Positions 9,271 through 19,189 of a DNA stretch of 64,000 nucleotides are shown in pieces (the stretch's first letter is position 1; the number at the start of each line of letters is the position of its first letter). The position numbers were made by a program, and so were the translations under genes. The stretch lies in assembly GCA_950068325.1 (NCBI GenBank), contig CATMHQ010000001.1, positions 12,433 through 76,432 on the forward strand, given 5' to 3'. The DNA comes from an uncultured Fidelibacterota bacterium (GTDB taxonomy: Bacteria; Fidelibacterota; Marinisomatia; Marinisomatales; UBA1611). The notes under the pieces are model-generated. The model searched no databases. It was not told the origin of the DNA and saw only the letters and a list, made by a program, of their open reading frames with translations.

Positions 9271-11040
9271 ATGAAAAGCAAAATCAAATTTATCTCACTG
9301 CAAGCCATCTTTGTTTTTGGACTGGTTGAGGCTGTACAGCCCCAAACAGGGGATTTGCATGCTTATCCCGTCGATGTCTCTATTTATGATGGCCAAGGAT
9401 CTCTATTGATCGAATGGTCCTATCCCGATACGATCCTTGCAAATCAGGTCCGAATTTTCGTTCAGGAATCCGGCCAATTTGATTTTGAATTATTAACAGT
9501 ATTAACACTAGATCAAGATATTTACCTCGATCTTCGATGTGAACCGAATGCCAGATATTTTTATAAAATTGAAATAGAAGATACCTTTGGGACTGTTTTT
9601 ACTAGTGATACTAAAACACCAGCATTTGGCACCTGCTTGACTATTGAAGATTCGTTGGCATTTGATCCGAAAATTGGAACTGTTCAAGATTTGGTATTAT
9701 CTCAAATCTTAGGGCAAGCATTGAGCACAGACTTGTATGGGAATTTCCAGCCAATCGTTGATTTATTAAAATTGACAAAACGAGTTAAATACATTTGGTT
9801 TGAAAATTACCCCATCGAATTACTAAAAACAGCCGAACAGTCTCTTCAAATCATTGAAGAAATCATCCCAAGTTCCGAATTGATTGATAAAGTTTTAGCC
9901 CATGAGTCCATTTACCGCAATCATTTTTTAATGAATCCTGACATTTGGCAATCAGAAGTTGAAAAAGCGGTAGCCGCTATTAGAGGTCAATGGAATCTTT
10001 TGTATTCAGAATATCCAAAGGCGATAGAAATGTTGGAAACAACTGCACCCATTCGAATCATTGGCTATAAGATTACGGAAGAAAATCAAAAGGAATTGGA
10101 GCTTTACATATTCCACCCTGATCAGATCAGTTCATCTGAATTATTTCTTCTCTCCGGTGATGAATATGTGAACCTGGGTGAATACCAAAATGAGCACGAA
10201 CCAATGTTCAAGGTAATCGTTCCGAATCATTGGATCACTGTTGACCTGATGATGGATGATATTTTTATTCAAACGTGTCCACTTATTTTTGATGAATCGA
10301 TTTATTTTACCTTGAATGGTGATTTTATTCCAAAGGATGATCAAATGATTATGAGAGTTGGACTATCTGAAACATCTCTGTGGCTCAATGAATTGACCTG
10401 GAACCCTTATACGAAAAATCTCCATCTTGAAGTAGCAGGGAATCCGGAATATGAAGACCAATATTCATTTGTGCTTAAGGGTGAAATAATTTGGGACCTT
10501 GAAACATTCCCCGGTTTCGAGATACAATATCAAGATTCATCCCTCATGCTTGAAGTAGAAATTGAATATCCGATACTCATTTCCTTCATGAAAAATGAGG
10601 GTGAAGAAACATCAACGCTTGAGTATATTTTATTGGACACCCTCCCGGTTGCGATCAGTCGGATGCCTGATGGCGGCCCTTGGCATTATACAGAATCAAC
10701 CACCCTGGGGATCACCAACAAGCCCATCAAAGATTCCTTTGAAACAGACTTGCTTCCGGAATTATTTGTACTCTACCAAAATTATCCGAATCCATTTAAT
10801 GGACAAACCCGTATCACATTTGATCTTTTGGAAGATGCGACTGTTTCATTGTATATCACGGATGCGACGGGGCGGATCCATGACAAATTTATGGAGAATG
10901 AATTCATCACTTCGGGAAATTACAATTATAATTGGAATGGGGAAGGTCGCTCCACAGGCATTTACTTTTTCACGATTCAGGCGCAGGTTGATCAAAGGCC
11001 TCCGGCGATCTTTAGCCGTAAAATGATCTATTTGAAATAA
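9271..11040 (+). CDS. Secreted hypothetical protein with an FN3-like N-terminus and a T9SS/FlgD-type C-terminal sorting domain
   Basis: Signal peptide; C-terminal LYQNYPNPFN...WNG..STGIYF...RKMIYLK. Confidence 0.75.
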   Translation: MKSKIKFISLQAIFVFGLVEAVQPQTGDLHAYPVDVSIYDGQGSLLIEWSYPDTILANQVRIFVQESGQFDFELLTVLTLDQDIYLDLRCEPNARYFYKIEIEDTFGTVFTSDTKTPAFGTCLTIEDSLAFDPKIGTVQDLVLSQILGQALSTDLYGNFQPIVDLLKLTKRVKYIWFENYPIELLKTAEQSLQIIEEIIPSSELIDKVLAHESIYRNHFLMNPDIWQSEVEKAVAAIRGQWNLLYSEYPKAIEMLETTAPIRIIGYKITEENQKELELYIFHPDQISSSELFLLSGDEYVNLGEYQNEHEPMFKVIVPNHWITVDLMMDDIFIQTCPLIFDESIYFTLNGDFIPKDDQMIMRVGLSETSLWLNELTWNPYTKNLHLEVAGNPEYEDQYSFVLKGEIIWDLETFPGFEIQYQDSSLMLEVEIEYPILISFMKNEGEETSTLEYILLDTLPVAISRMPDGGPWHYTESTTLGITNKPIKDSFETDLLPELFVLYQNYPNPFNGQTRITFDLLEDATVSLYITDATGRIHDKFMENEFITSGNYNYNWNGEGRSTGIYFFTIQAQVDQRPPAIFSRKMIYLK

Positions 11041-11094
11041 TCGGCTCCTTTTCCGTTTATACTCTCAAGAGATCTCTGTATTTTCCTCGCCGCT

Positions 11095-11796
11095 ATGATG
11101 AAACGGAATCCTATTCTTCTTTTAATTGCAGTCATCCTTTGGGGGTCCGGCTGCGCATCTCACCCACCTGTTTTTCCACAAATGCCCAAGAAAGGTGAAA
11201 CGAATATGGGGTTTACTTTCTCGGTAGAAAATTTGATTCCCGTCATTTGGGCTCGACACGGCTTAGGGCAATATACCGATCTTGGCTTACGAGCAGGCAT
11301 TCCTTTATCTGGCACCGGCATTGATCTGAATCGTGTTCTCATGAAAAGAGATCGGCGGTGGGATGTAATTAATATTGCCTATAATCTGGCACCAAATTCA
11401 AGTTTTGATTTTACCTATTACAAATTCAAGGGTGATAAACGGGTCAATGTGAAGAATCCTTTTGGTACATCGTGGAGGGGGTATCGCTGTATGCTTATTC
11501 CCAAAGGTGTTTCCGGTGGGCAAAGTGTGAGATTTGGAATGCTTTATGGCCGGCGAATCAGTACAAAATGGGGATTTGAAGTGGGCTACTTTCATGATTT
11601 CAGATCCATGCCATTATCGAAAGTAATGACTGCGAATTGGGACCCATCAGACACTACGATTGTGAATGAATTTGGGAGTAGTTATAAAAAATATCCGCAT
11701 AAATACGAAGGATTTCCATCAGAATTTTCCAGGTCAACCGGATTATCGCTCCAATTTTTTATGTATTTAGGGCCCACCAAAAAGAAGAAAAAATGA
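11095..11796 (+). CDS. Hypothetical lipoprotein, possibly beta-barrel-like
   Basis: Lipobox-like LWGSGC after a hydrophobic stretch; alternating beta-strand pattern. Confidence 0.6.
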   Translation: MMKRNPILLLIAVILWGSGCASHPPVFPQMPKKGETNMGFTFSVENLIPVIWARHGLGQYTDLGLRAGIPLSGTGIDLNRVLMKRDRRWDVINIAYNLAPNSSFDFTYYKFKGDKRVNVKNPFGTSWRGYRCMLIPKGVSGGQSVRFGMLYGRRISTKWGFEVGYFHDFRSMPLSKVMTANWDPSDTTIVNEFGSSYKKYPHKYEGFPSEFSRSTGLSLQFFMYLGPTKKKKK

Positions 11797-11816
11797 TTTT
11801 TAGAATCCATTAGCAA

Positions 11817-12788
11817 ATGACGGATTCATCCTTTCGGTCTGCCTTATTCAATCAAGACAGGCAAGCCTGTCACAAATTCTATTCTAAAAATATCTCTGGC
11901 ACCCCGCTCGTTCAATTATTGAATGACCTTTTATTTTGCAGCGTTTCTATTTCATTACAATCGTTGAATGATATTCATCCAGTTTGTATCTTGAATTCAA
12001 TCAAGAATTTCATTGGGGATGATCGGGAAAATCCTTCGAAACCACTCCTTGAATTTTCGGTTGATTATTTATGTGCTTTTGAATTCCGAGATGATGATCA
12101 AACACAATTAGATGAGGTCGTTAGAGATGGCATTGGGCTTACAGCATTTCTCGGTGATTTGGAAGATGCCTGTCAACAAGGGAAATGGGAAGAACTACAG
12201 ACATTAACCGCCAAAACATTTATGGCTTCAGACCGATCTCGTGGGACTATGGATGCATTGGCAGAGTTAGCACTACAAGATTGTGAAAGAAATGCCATTT
12301 TCATTTTTCATTTATTGCGTGCTTATCAATTCAAGGATGCAAAAAAAGATACCTGGGCATTTACAAAATGCATTCTGGAGTGGATGAGTGGAAAAGCATT
12401 GCTAGAACCTCATGATCAGGCAGATTCATCTCCGAGTAAAATTCATGATTTGATGATTGAATCCGGTGACCTTTCATTATTGGCTTCAGTTTCAAGATTA
12501 TGGGAGGGTGATTATGTCAGAATTCGAGGATATCAGAGAGAAATAAGTCATTGGTGTTCCCAGACCTTTTTTACCGCATCAAATATTAAGCCAAGTCCCG
12601 ACCATTGGCTATTGAAAGATAAAAAGAGAAATTTTATCCATGAAGCAGAAACCATTGTTAAAAGTCAAAAATCCCAATCTGAAAAAGCAAATGCATTGGT
12701 AATTTTAGAGGCGGTGAGAACCCTTTTTAAAACAGCTTCGCCAACCCAACTTGGAATCCTTGGCGCAAGATTAGATCAACTCATATGA
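11817..12788 (+). CDS. Hypothetical protein (predicted helical)
   Basis: 323-aa ORF in operon context, overlapping the next start. No recognised motif. Confidence 0.6.
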   Translation: MTDSSFRSALFNQDRQACHKFYSKNISGTPLVQLLNDLLFCSVSISLQSLNDIHPVCILNSIKNFIGDDRENPSKPLLEFSVDYLCAFEFRDDDQTQLDEVVRDGIGLTAFLGDLEDACQQGKWEELQTLTAKTFMASDRSRGTMDALAELALQDCERNAIFIFHLLRAYQFKDAKKDTWAFTKCILEWMSGKALLEPHDQADSSPSKIHDLMIESGDLSLLASVSRLWEGDYVRIRGYQREISHWCSQTFFTASNIKPSPDHWLLKDKKRNFIHEAETIVKSQKSQSEKANALVILEAVRTLFKTASPTQLGILGARLDQLI

Positions 12789-13636
12789 TGAAGATTGGCA
12801 AATACACTTTATATAGTATAGAAACATCCGAATTTGGATTGGACGGCGGTGCCATGTTCGGGATCATTCCAAAACTGCTTTGGGAGAAACAGGCGCCTGC
12901 TGATGAAATGAACAGAATCGGAATGGTAACCCGTTCTTTATTATTGGTAAGCGATGATCGAAAGATTCTAATTGACACTGGCAACGGCACCAAGTGGGAC
13001 GAAAAATTCAAGAAAATCTACAACATTGATACATCCCGTTATAACATAGAATCTTCATTGGCGAAGTATGGATTTACTGCCGATGATATTACAGATGTGT
13101 TTTGTACCCATCTTCATTTTGATCACATCGGCGGCAATACGAAAATCGAAGATAGGAAGATTGTACCCACATTCCCAAATGCCAAATATTGGGTCTCCCA
13201 GGAGAATTGGGATTTGGCAAACCATCCGAGCCAAAAAGATTCCGGTAGTTTTATGGAAATTGATTGGAAAGTTCTGGCTGAAAACGGAATGATGGAAATT
13301 GTGGATGGCCATGAATCATTCATTGAGGGTATTGAACCATATTTGACATATGGACACACAACAGGGTTGATGCATCCAGTAATCTCCCATGGGAATCAAT
13401 CTGTATTTTACGGTGCGGATATTTTTCCCATGGTTGCGCATATTCCTGTTCCCTGGGTCATGGCATATGATATTCACCCTGTGGTCACGGTTCAGGAAAA
13501 AGCAGAATTACTTCCAAAAATGGTGGATGAAAATTGGATCCTATTTTTTGAACATGATCCGCATATCCAAGCTTGCACCCTTCATCAAGATGGAAAACAT
13601 TTTAAGATGAAAGAGTCCGTGACCATCAGTGAATGA
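12785..13636 (+). CDS. MBL-fold metallo-hydrolase (YtnP-like)
   Basis: LDGGAMFGIIPK, THLHFDHIGG, GHT, MAYD, FEHDP. Confidence 0.9.
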   Translation: MMKIGKYTLYSIETSEFGLDGGAMFGIIPKLLWEKQAPADEMNRIGMVTRSLLLVSDDRKILIDTGNGTKWDEKFKKIYNIDTSRYNIESSLAKYGFTADDITDVFCTHLHFDHIGGNTKIEDRKIVPTFPNAKYWVSQENWDLANHPSQKDSGSFMEIDWKVLAENGMMEIVDGHESFIEGIEPYLTYGHTTGLMHPVISHGNQSVFYGADIFPMVAHIPVPWVMAYDIHPVVTVQEKAELLPKMVDENWILFFEHDPHIQACTLHQDGKHFKMKESVTISE

Positions 13637-13997
13637 AGACGCAAAAAAGGAGAATCTATTTCGGGAAGGGATGAAGCAATACAAAGCTATGGATTATTTT
13701 GAAGCCCATGAAGCATGGGAGGATCTTTGGTCTGATTATTATTTAGAAGACCGAAAGTTTGTTCAGGGATTGATCCAGTTGGCCGTGAGTTTTGTCCACA
13801 TCGGAAACGGAAATATGAATGGTGCTAAAAATCTATTGAGAAAATGTAAAGAAAAATTTCAGGAATTTTCTGGTGTTCATCGGGGAATCAATGTATCTGT
13901 TTTATTGAATCAAATTGAAATGGTACGACTCACGTATGATGGATTAAATGATCCTTCAGACTTTGATTGGGATGTCGTACCCACATTGGAGTTGTAA
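13629..13997 (+). CDS. DUF309 family protein
   Basis: YFEAHEAWEDLW...QGLIQLAV..H...GN..GA. Confidence 0.9.
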   Translation: MNEDAKKENLFREGMKQYKAMDYFEAHEAWEDLWSDYYLEDRKFVQGLIQLAVSFVHIGNGNMNGAKNLLRKCKEKFQEFSGVHRGINVSVLLNQIEMVRLTYDGLNDPSDFDWDVVPTLEL

Positions 13998-14342
13998 ATG
14001 CCTGAGGTCCTTTTATTTGTAAAAGATTTTGAATTGGGTTCGCGCTTGTCGTCTGCCTGCGTAGATAAGGAAAAAAATGTGGAATTCAGCGATGAGAATA
14101 CAGATCCGGATTCATTTCCCGAACCAGCAAAACTCGCTGTCGTAGACATGGATGAAGCTATTTTCTCATCAGTAGGGTTGGTGGCTGAACTTAAACGCCG
14201 TGGGCTCAAAGTGATTGGAACCATGACAAAGATCAATAACCGGGAACAGTCAAAATTACGTTCTGCCGGGTGCGATGTAATTATTCCGCGAGCCAGCCTT
14301 GTCAAAAATATGCCGAACCTGTTAGACGAATTATTGGCTTGA
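13998..14342 (+). CDS. Stand-alone receiver (CheY-like) domain protein, atypical
   Basis: Pattern VLLFVKD...LAVVDMD...AGCDVIIPR. The canonical Lys-Pro is absent. Confidence 0.55.
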   Translation: MPEVLLFVKDFELGSRLSSACVDKEKNVEFSDENTDPDSFPEPAKLAVVDMDEAIFSSVGLVAELKRRGLKVIGTMTKINNREQSKLRSAGCDVIIPRASLVKNMPNLLDELLA

Positions 14343-14983
14343 GAGAATCCAAAGCCAAAAAACGGGAACGGGCAACGGAAATCGTTCGCAGACTTTCTGA
14401 TGCCTATCCGGATTCAAAATGTTCTCTCCATTATAAGTCTGCTCATGAACTTTTGGTGGCAACAATCTTATCGGCGCAATGCACAGACCACAGAGTTAAT
14501 ATTGTCACCAAGGATTTATTTAATAAATATAAGAAACCTGAAGAATTTGCCTATTGCAGCGTAACGAAATTGGCGAAGGATATTCATTCTTGCGGATACC
14601 ACAACCAGAAATCCCGGAGTATCCAAGGTGCCAGTTTAAAAATTGTCGAAGAACATAATGGAGAAGTCCCGGTCACATTGGAAGAACTGGTGAAACTCCC
14701 AGGTGTGGGAAGGAAAACAGCCAATTGTGTGTTGGGAGAGATTTACAATGTGCCCTCCATGGTGATCGATACGCATATGGTTCGGATTATGGGTTTACTT
14801 GGATTTACCAAAACAAAAGATGCAAAAAAGATAGAACTGGAAATGATGGAAATCTTTGAAGAAAAAGATTGGGTGAATTTGACGCATATGATCATTGATC
14901 ATGGAAGAGTTGTTTGCATAGCACGAAGACCGCAATGTGGGGAATGTGTCCTAGTGGATTTGTGTCCATCATCTGAATTGTAA
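14339..14983 (+). CDS. nth: Endonuclease III
   Basis: LLVATILSAQCTD, HhH motif LPGVGRKTANCV, C-terminal CIARRPQCGECVLVDLCP. Likely TTG start overlapping the upstream stop. Confidence 0.93.
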   Translation: MRESKAKKRERATEIVRRLSDAYPDSKCSLHYKSAHELLVATILSAQCTDHRVNIVTKDLFNKYKKPEEFAYCSVTKLAKDIHSCGYHNQKSRSIQGASLKIVEEHNGEVPVTLEELVKLPGVGRKTANCVLGEIYNVPSMVIDTHMVRIMGLLGFTKTKDAKKIELEMMEIFEEKDWVNLTHMIIDHGRVVCIARRPQCGECVLVDLCPSSEL

Positions 14984-15047
14984 TCCATTGTTCCCATCGA
15001 AAATGGGCGGTAATTTTTAAATCTAATATTATTTGCAACATACAAGT

Positions 15048-15470
15048 ATGTCGAACCCGATTATTACAAAAAAATATCATTTTTGCGCGTCACATAAATA
15101 TGGAAATCCAGATTGGTCTGAAGAAAAAAACAGGGACATTTTTGGGAAAGATTATAACAATCATGGACACAATTACATTCTGGAAGTATCGGTAACTGGA
15201 CCGATTGATTCTGGTTCAGGTTGGCTAGTTGATTTAAGAAAGCTTGGAGATATTGTCAAAAAATTTGTGGTGAGTATTTTAGATCATTCCCAGATCGAAA
15301 AAGATATAGACTGGTTCAAGGGGAAACAGCCTTCCTCCGAAAATATTTTGGTTTGGGCATGGAATGAGATTGCCCCAAGGATTGAACAGGGTATACTCCA
15401 TCGGCTTCGACTAGTTGAGACACATTCAATTCATACCGATTACTATGGCCCAGAGAAAAATGAAATTTAA
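15048..15470 (+). CDS. queD: 6-carboxytetrahydropterin / 6-pyruvoyltetrahydropterin synthase
   Basis: FCASH, HGHNYILEVSVTG, LDH, PSSEN, LVET. Confidence 0.8.
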   Translation: MSNPIITKKYHFCASHKYGNPDWSEEKNRDIFGKDYNNHGHNYILEVSVTGPIDSGSGWLVDLRKLGDIVKKFVVSILDHSQIEKDIDWFKGKQPSSENILVWAWNEIAPRIEQGILHRLRLVETHSIHTDYYGPEKNEI

Positions 15471-16125
15471 AGATAGATTTTATTTAATCTTGGTCGCAAT
15501 TTTTATCGCATCGCTCGTAACCTGTAATCTTATTGCAAATAAATTTGTAACTGTTGACCTAGGATTCAAAGTGTTCATAGTCTCTGCAGGTATACTACCA
15601 TATCCACTCACTTTTTTAGTTACTGATCTTCTTTCTGAGCTTTATGGGCAAAAAAAAGCTAATCTAGTAGTTTTTACAGGTTTTATTGCTTCATTATTTG
15701 TATTGGTTTTTTTATGGCTGGGAGGTCAGTTCAATGCAATCCCCGGATCAATAGTTGACAATAATACGTATAACATAGTTTTTCAAAATGCTTGGCGTCT
15801 TATAGCTGCATCGATGATAGCATATTTATTTGCACAATTTATTGATGTTAAAATTTTTCATTTTTGGAAGAGATTAACAAAAGGAAAGCATCTTTGGCTA
15901 AGAAATAATGGCTCTACAATAGCATCTCAATTAGTTGATACAACATTAGTGATAGGTATATTGTTTATTGGTGTTTGGGATACAAACCAAATATTTTTGG
16001 CAATAATCGATGGTTGGTTATTTAAAATGTTAATGGCGTTAATTGATACACCTATCATTTACGCAGTAATATACTTTTTAAAAGGTAAAATAGATATTGC
16101 ACCGTATGAAGAAGGATTAGACTAA
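15460..16125 (+). CDS. yhhQ: Queuosine precursor (preQ0/preQ1) transporter, YhhQ/Vut_1 family
   Basis: [46 protein letters not shown]. Confidence 0.9.
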   Translation: MKFKDRFYLILVAIFIASLVTCNLIANKFVTVDLGFKVFIVSAGILPYPLTFLVTDLLSELYGQKKANLVVFTGFIASLFVLVFLWLGGQFNAIPGSIVDNNTYNIVFQNAWRLIAASMIAYLFAQFIDVKIFHFWKRLTKGKHLWLRNNGSTIASQLVDTTLVIGILFIGVWDTNQIFLAIIDGWLFKMLMALIDTPIIYAVIYFLKGKIDIAPYEEGLD

Positions 16126-16685
16126 TGAAGAATTACGATAAACTGAAAAAAATCACCTTATCATTATTAGAAGAGATTGGTGAAGACCCAGCGCGAGAAG
16201 GATTAATCAAAACGCCAACACGCGTTGCAAAGGCCTGGGAATTCTTCTCTAAAGGATACGACCAGAAATTGGATGATGTGATCAATGATGCCATTTTTCA
16301 CGAAAATGCAAAGGACATGGTCATTGTCCGGGATGTAGAATTTTTCTCATTATGTGAACATCACCTTCTACCATTTTTTGGAAAGGCTCATGTGGGGTAT
16401 ATCCCCAATGGAAAAGTGATCGGACTCTCAAAAATTCCCCGGATCATTGATATGTTCTCACGGCGGTTACAAGTCCAGGAGAGATTAACCCATCAAATTG
16501 CGGAAGCAATCCAGGAAGTATTAAATCCCCTTGGTGTGGCCGTTGTCATGGAAGGTGTCCATATGTGTATGCAGATGCGGGGTGTAGAAAAACAAAACAG
16601 TTTTGCTTCCACCAGTTCCATGCTGGGCCAATTCAGGAAATCGGCTGAAACAAGAGGAGAATTTTTAAGCATCATCAGTAAATGA
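16125..16685 (+). CDS. folE: GTP cyclohydrolase I
   Basis: [53 protein letters not shown]. Confidence 0.96.
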   Translation: MKNYDKLKKITLSLLEEIGEDPAREGLIKTPTRVAKAWEFFSKGYDQKLDDVINDAIFHENAKDMVIVRDVEFFSLCEHHLLPFFGKAHVGYIPNGKVIGLSKIPRIIDMFSRRLQVQERLTHQIAEAIQEVLNPLGVAVVMEGVHMCMQMRGVEKQNSFASTSSMLGQFRKSAETRGEFLSIISK

Positions 16686-17007
16686 ATATTTTAAAAACAC
16701 CTGAACCACCCTATTATGCTGTCATTTTTACCTCCCAGCATACAAATAAGGAAAAGGAAGAATATAAAAAACATCGGAGAGAATGGTGGCGTTAGCTCAA
16801 GAGATGCCTGGATTTCTGGGTGTTGAATCGGTTCGGGACGAAACTGGATTAGGTATTACATCTGTCTATTGGAAAGATAAGGAATCTATAGAAGCCTGGC
16901 GTGATCATGCAGAACATAAAAAAGTAAAAAAACGCGGACGTGCCATTTGGTATGAAAATTATTTCTTACGCATCGCTAAAGTAGAAAAAAACTATGGCAA
17001 AATTTAA
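16682..17007 (+). pseudogene. Antibiotic biosynthesis monooxygenase (ABM) family gene split by a 1-nt frameshift
   Basis: ATG16682 gives [18 protein letters not shown].... The C-terminal half (MVALAQEMPGFLGVESVR...) is in another frame. One extra A in the A6 run at 16766-16771 joins them. Confidence 0.8.
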
Positions 17008-18382
17008 GCTTGCAGTTTTGGGCGGTGGCCCTGGCGGATATGTGGCTGCCATTCGCGGCGCACAATTGGGACTCAAAACCGTCATCATTGATAAAGATAA
17101 ATTGGGTGGTATTTGCCTGAACTGGGGTTGTATCCCAACCAAAGCACTTTTAAAAAATGCCGAAGTATATCACACAATTAAGACTGCAGACACCTATGGC
17201 ATCACCGTGGGAAAAGTATCCATTGATTTTAAAAAAAATATTAAGCGCAGCCGGGATGTGTCCAACCGATTAAGTAAGGGGATCGAGTTTCTCATGAAGA
17301 AAAATAAGATCACCCATATTGAAGGTACGGGAAGGTTTATATCCAAAACGACTCTTGAAGTGAAGAATGGAAAAAAGACCGAAAAAGTTGAAGCAGAAAA
17401 GATCATTATTGCCACAGGCGCCCGACCGCGGACTTTTCCCGGCATGGAACTGGATGGGAAAAGAGTTATCAGTTATAAAGAAGCTATGATCCTGGAAGCA
17501 CCACCGAAGAAAATGATCATTATCGGTTCCGGTGCCATCGGGTGTGAATTCGCTTATTATTACAATGAATTCGGAACGGAAATTCATATGATTGAAATGC
17601 TGGACCAGCTCCTTCCGATTGAAGATGTTGATGTATCGAAAGAAGTTGAAAAAAGTTTTAAAAAGTTCGGGATCAAAGTTTATAAAGGAACAAAAGTCTC
17701 CCGGATTAACAGTCTGAAAAAGAAGGTAAAGGTTTATACAGAGAGAAATGGGAAAGAAGAAATTTTAGAAGGCGATGTGGCATTATTGGCTGTGGGTGTG
17801 ACAGGGAATATTGAAAATATGGGATTGGAAGAATTGGGAATTGAAACGGATCGTGGTGCCATTACCATCAACAAATTCAACCAGACCAATCTCCCGAATA
17901 TTTACGCCATTGGCGATGTGTCTGGACCGCCTTGGTTAGCTCATGTAGCATCAGCACAAGGACATGTTGCGGTGGATCATGCGGTTGGTCATTCAGCAAC
18001 GCCGGTGGATTACTCCAACATTCCAGGTTGTACGTATTGTCAGCCACAAGTGGGATCACTTGGAATGACGGAAGTACAAGCCAAAGAAGCGGGACACGAT
18101 ATGAAGGTTGGAAAATTCTTATTTCAAGCCAGCGGAAAAGCCATGGCGGTTGGCGATACATCCGGATTTGTGAAACTTATTTTTGATGCCAAATATGGCG
18201 AATTGCTTGGGGCTCACATTGTGGGATCGGAAGCGACAGAACTCATTGCAGAATTGGGTGTGGCAAAAGCCCTGGAAACAACTTGGGAAGATATTGCCAT
18301 GACGGTTCACGCCCATCCAACCTTATCAGAAGCAATTATGGAAGCAGCACTGGATGCCTTTGGATCGGCGATTCATCAATAG
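16994..18382 (+). CDS. lpdA: Dihydrolipoyl dehydrogenase (E3)
   Basis: GGGPGGYVAA, GGICLNWGCIPTK, GSGAIGCE, HAHPTLSE. Confidence 0.96.
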   Translation: MAKFKLAVLGGGPGGYVAAIRGAQLGLKTVIIDKDKLGGICLNWGCIPTKALLKNAEVYHTIKTADTYGITVGKVSIDFKKNIKRSRDVSNRLSKGIEFLMKKNKITHIEGTGRFISKTTLEVKNGKKTEKVEAEKIIIATGARPRTFPGMELDGKRVISYKEAMILEAPPKKMIIIGSGAIGCEFAYYYNEFGTEIHMIEMLDQLLPIEDVDVSKEVEKSFKKFGIKVYKGTKVSRINSLKKKVKVYTERNGKEEILEGDVALLAVGVTGNIENMGLEELGIETDRGAITINKFNQTNLPNIYAIGDVSGPPWLAHVASAQGHVAVDHAVGHSATPVDYSNIPGCTYCQPQVGSLGMTEVQAKEAGHDMKVGKFLFQASGKAMAVGDTSGFVKLIFDAKYGELLGAHIVGSEATELIAELGVAKALETTWEDIAMTVHAHPTLSEAIMEAALDAFGSAIHQ

Positions 18383-18397
18383 AAATTATAAATACCT

Positions 18398-18530
18398 TGT
18401 CATCCTGAACTCGACGAAGGAAGAAGGTATTTAATGAATTTATGCTTACACAAGATTTGCGATTCATCAATCAAAAACATTCTGTCATCCTGAGTTTGAC
18501 GAAGGATAAAGGGTGTTTAATGGAATTATG
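18398..18530. repeat. Two direct copies (85-bp period) of a TGTCATCCTGA..T.GACGAAGGA REP-like unit
   Basis: 18398 TGTCATCCTGAACTCGACGAAGGA and 18483 TGTCATCCTGAGTTTGACGAAGGA, each followed by a similar GGT(A/G)TTTAATG..TTATG tail. Confidence 0.8.
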
Positions 18531-18541
18531 AATGGATTAGA

Positions 18542-19189
18542 ATGATTGAAACAAAAACAGAACAAATCATTGTCCTGGATCTTGGGCACCGACCTTATCA
18601 GGAAGTATGGGATCTTCAAAAAGAGATGCAAGCAAAACGGATTAATACCCAAATCGAAGACACCTTAATCCTGGTGGAACATGAGCCCGTTTACACCCTC
18701 GGGAAAAATGCAGACGAAAATCATTTACTCCAAAACCGCGATGAATCTGTGGACGTTTTCCAGATTGAGCGTGGGGGGGATATTACATTTCATGGTCCCG
18801 GACAATTGGTGGGCTACCCCATATTGGATTTATCTAATTATAAAAAAAGTGTCAGTTGGTACATGCGAACCCTTGAGCAAGTAACGATTGATGTTTTGGA
18901 TGAAATCGGAATTGAAGCAAAACGAAGCGAAGGACTGACCGGCGTTTGGGTTGGGGATGAAAAGATCGCTGCTCAAGGTGTACGGATCAGCCGCTGGGTC
19001 ACTATGCACGGATTTGCATTGAATGTAAATACGGATCTTTCATTTTATGATGGGATTATTCCTTGCGGCATTTTTGATCATGGTGTTACATCCATAGAGC
19101 AATTGTTGGGAGAAAAACAGGATATGGAAACCGTGAAACAGGTTGTAATTAAAAAATTTAATCAAAATTTTATACAAGGAGAATGCTGA
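18542..19189 (+). CDS. lipB: Lipoyl(octanoyl) transferase
   Basis: EHEPVYTLG, RGGDITFHGPGQLVGYP, KIAAQG, HGFALNV, IIPCG. Confidence 0.95.
   Translation: MIETKTEQIIVLDLGHRPYQEVWDLQKEMQAKRINTQIEDTLILVEHEPVYTLGKNADENHLLQNRDESVDVFQIERGGDITFHGPGQLVGYPILDLSNYKKSVSWYMRTLEQVTIDVLDEIGIEAKRSEGLTGVWVGDEKIAAQGVRISRWVTMHGFALNVNTDLSFYDGIIPCGIFDHGVTSIEQLLGEKQDMETVKQVVIKKFNQNFIQGEC

Noticed and set aside
14984-15047. preQ1 riboswitch upstream of queD-yhhQ
   Set aside because: Only a small CCCAT/ATGGG hairpin is present; the preQ1-I loop and A-rich tail pattern are absent.
16760-16800. Canonical programmed -1 ribosomal frameshift
   Set aside because: The in-frame codons are TAT AAA AAA CAT, which do not form an X XXY YYZ heptamer, and no clear stimulatory hairpin follows.
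16785-16802. tRNA-like start GGTGGCGTTAGCTCAAG
   Set aside because: No anticodon arm, T arm or acceptor complement follows; it lies in ABM coding sequence.
18398-18530. Possible mini-CRISPR array
   Set aside because: Only two imperfect units, similarity extends into the would-be spacer, and no cas genes are present.
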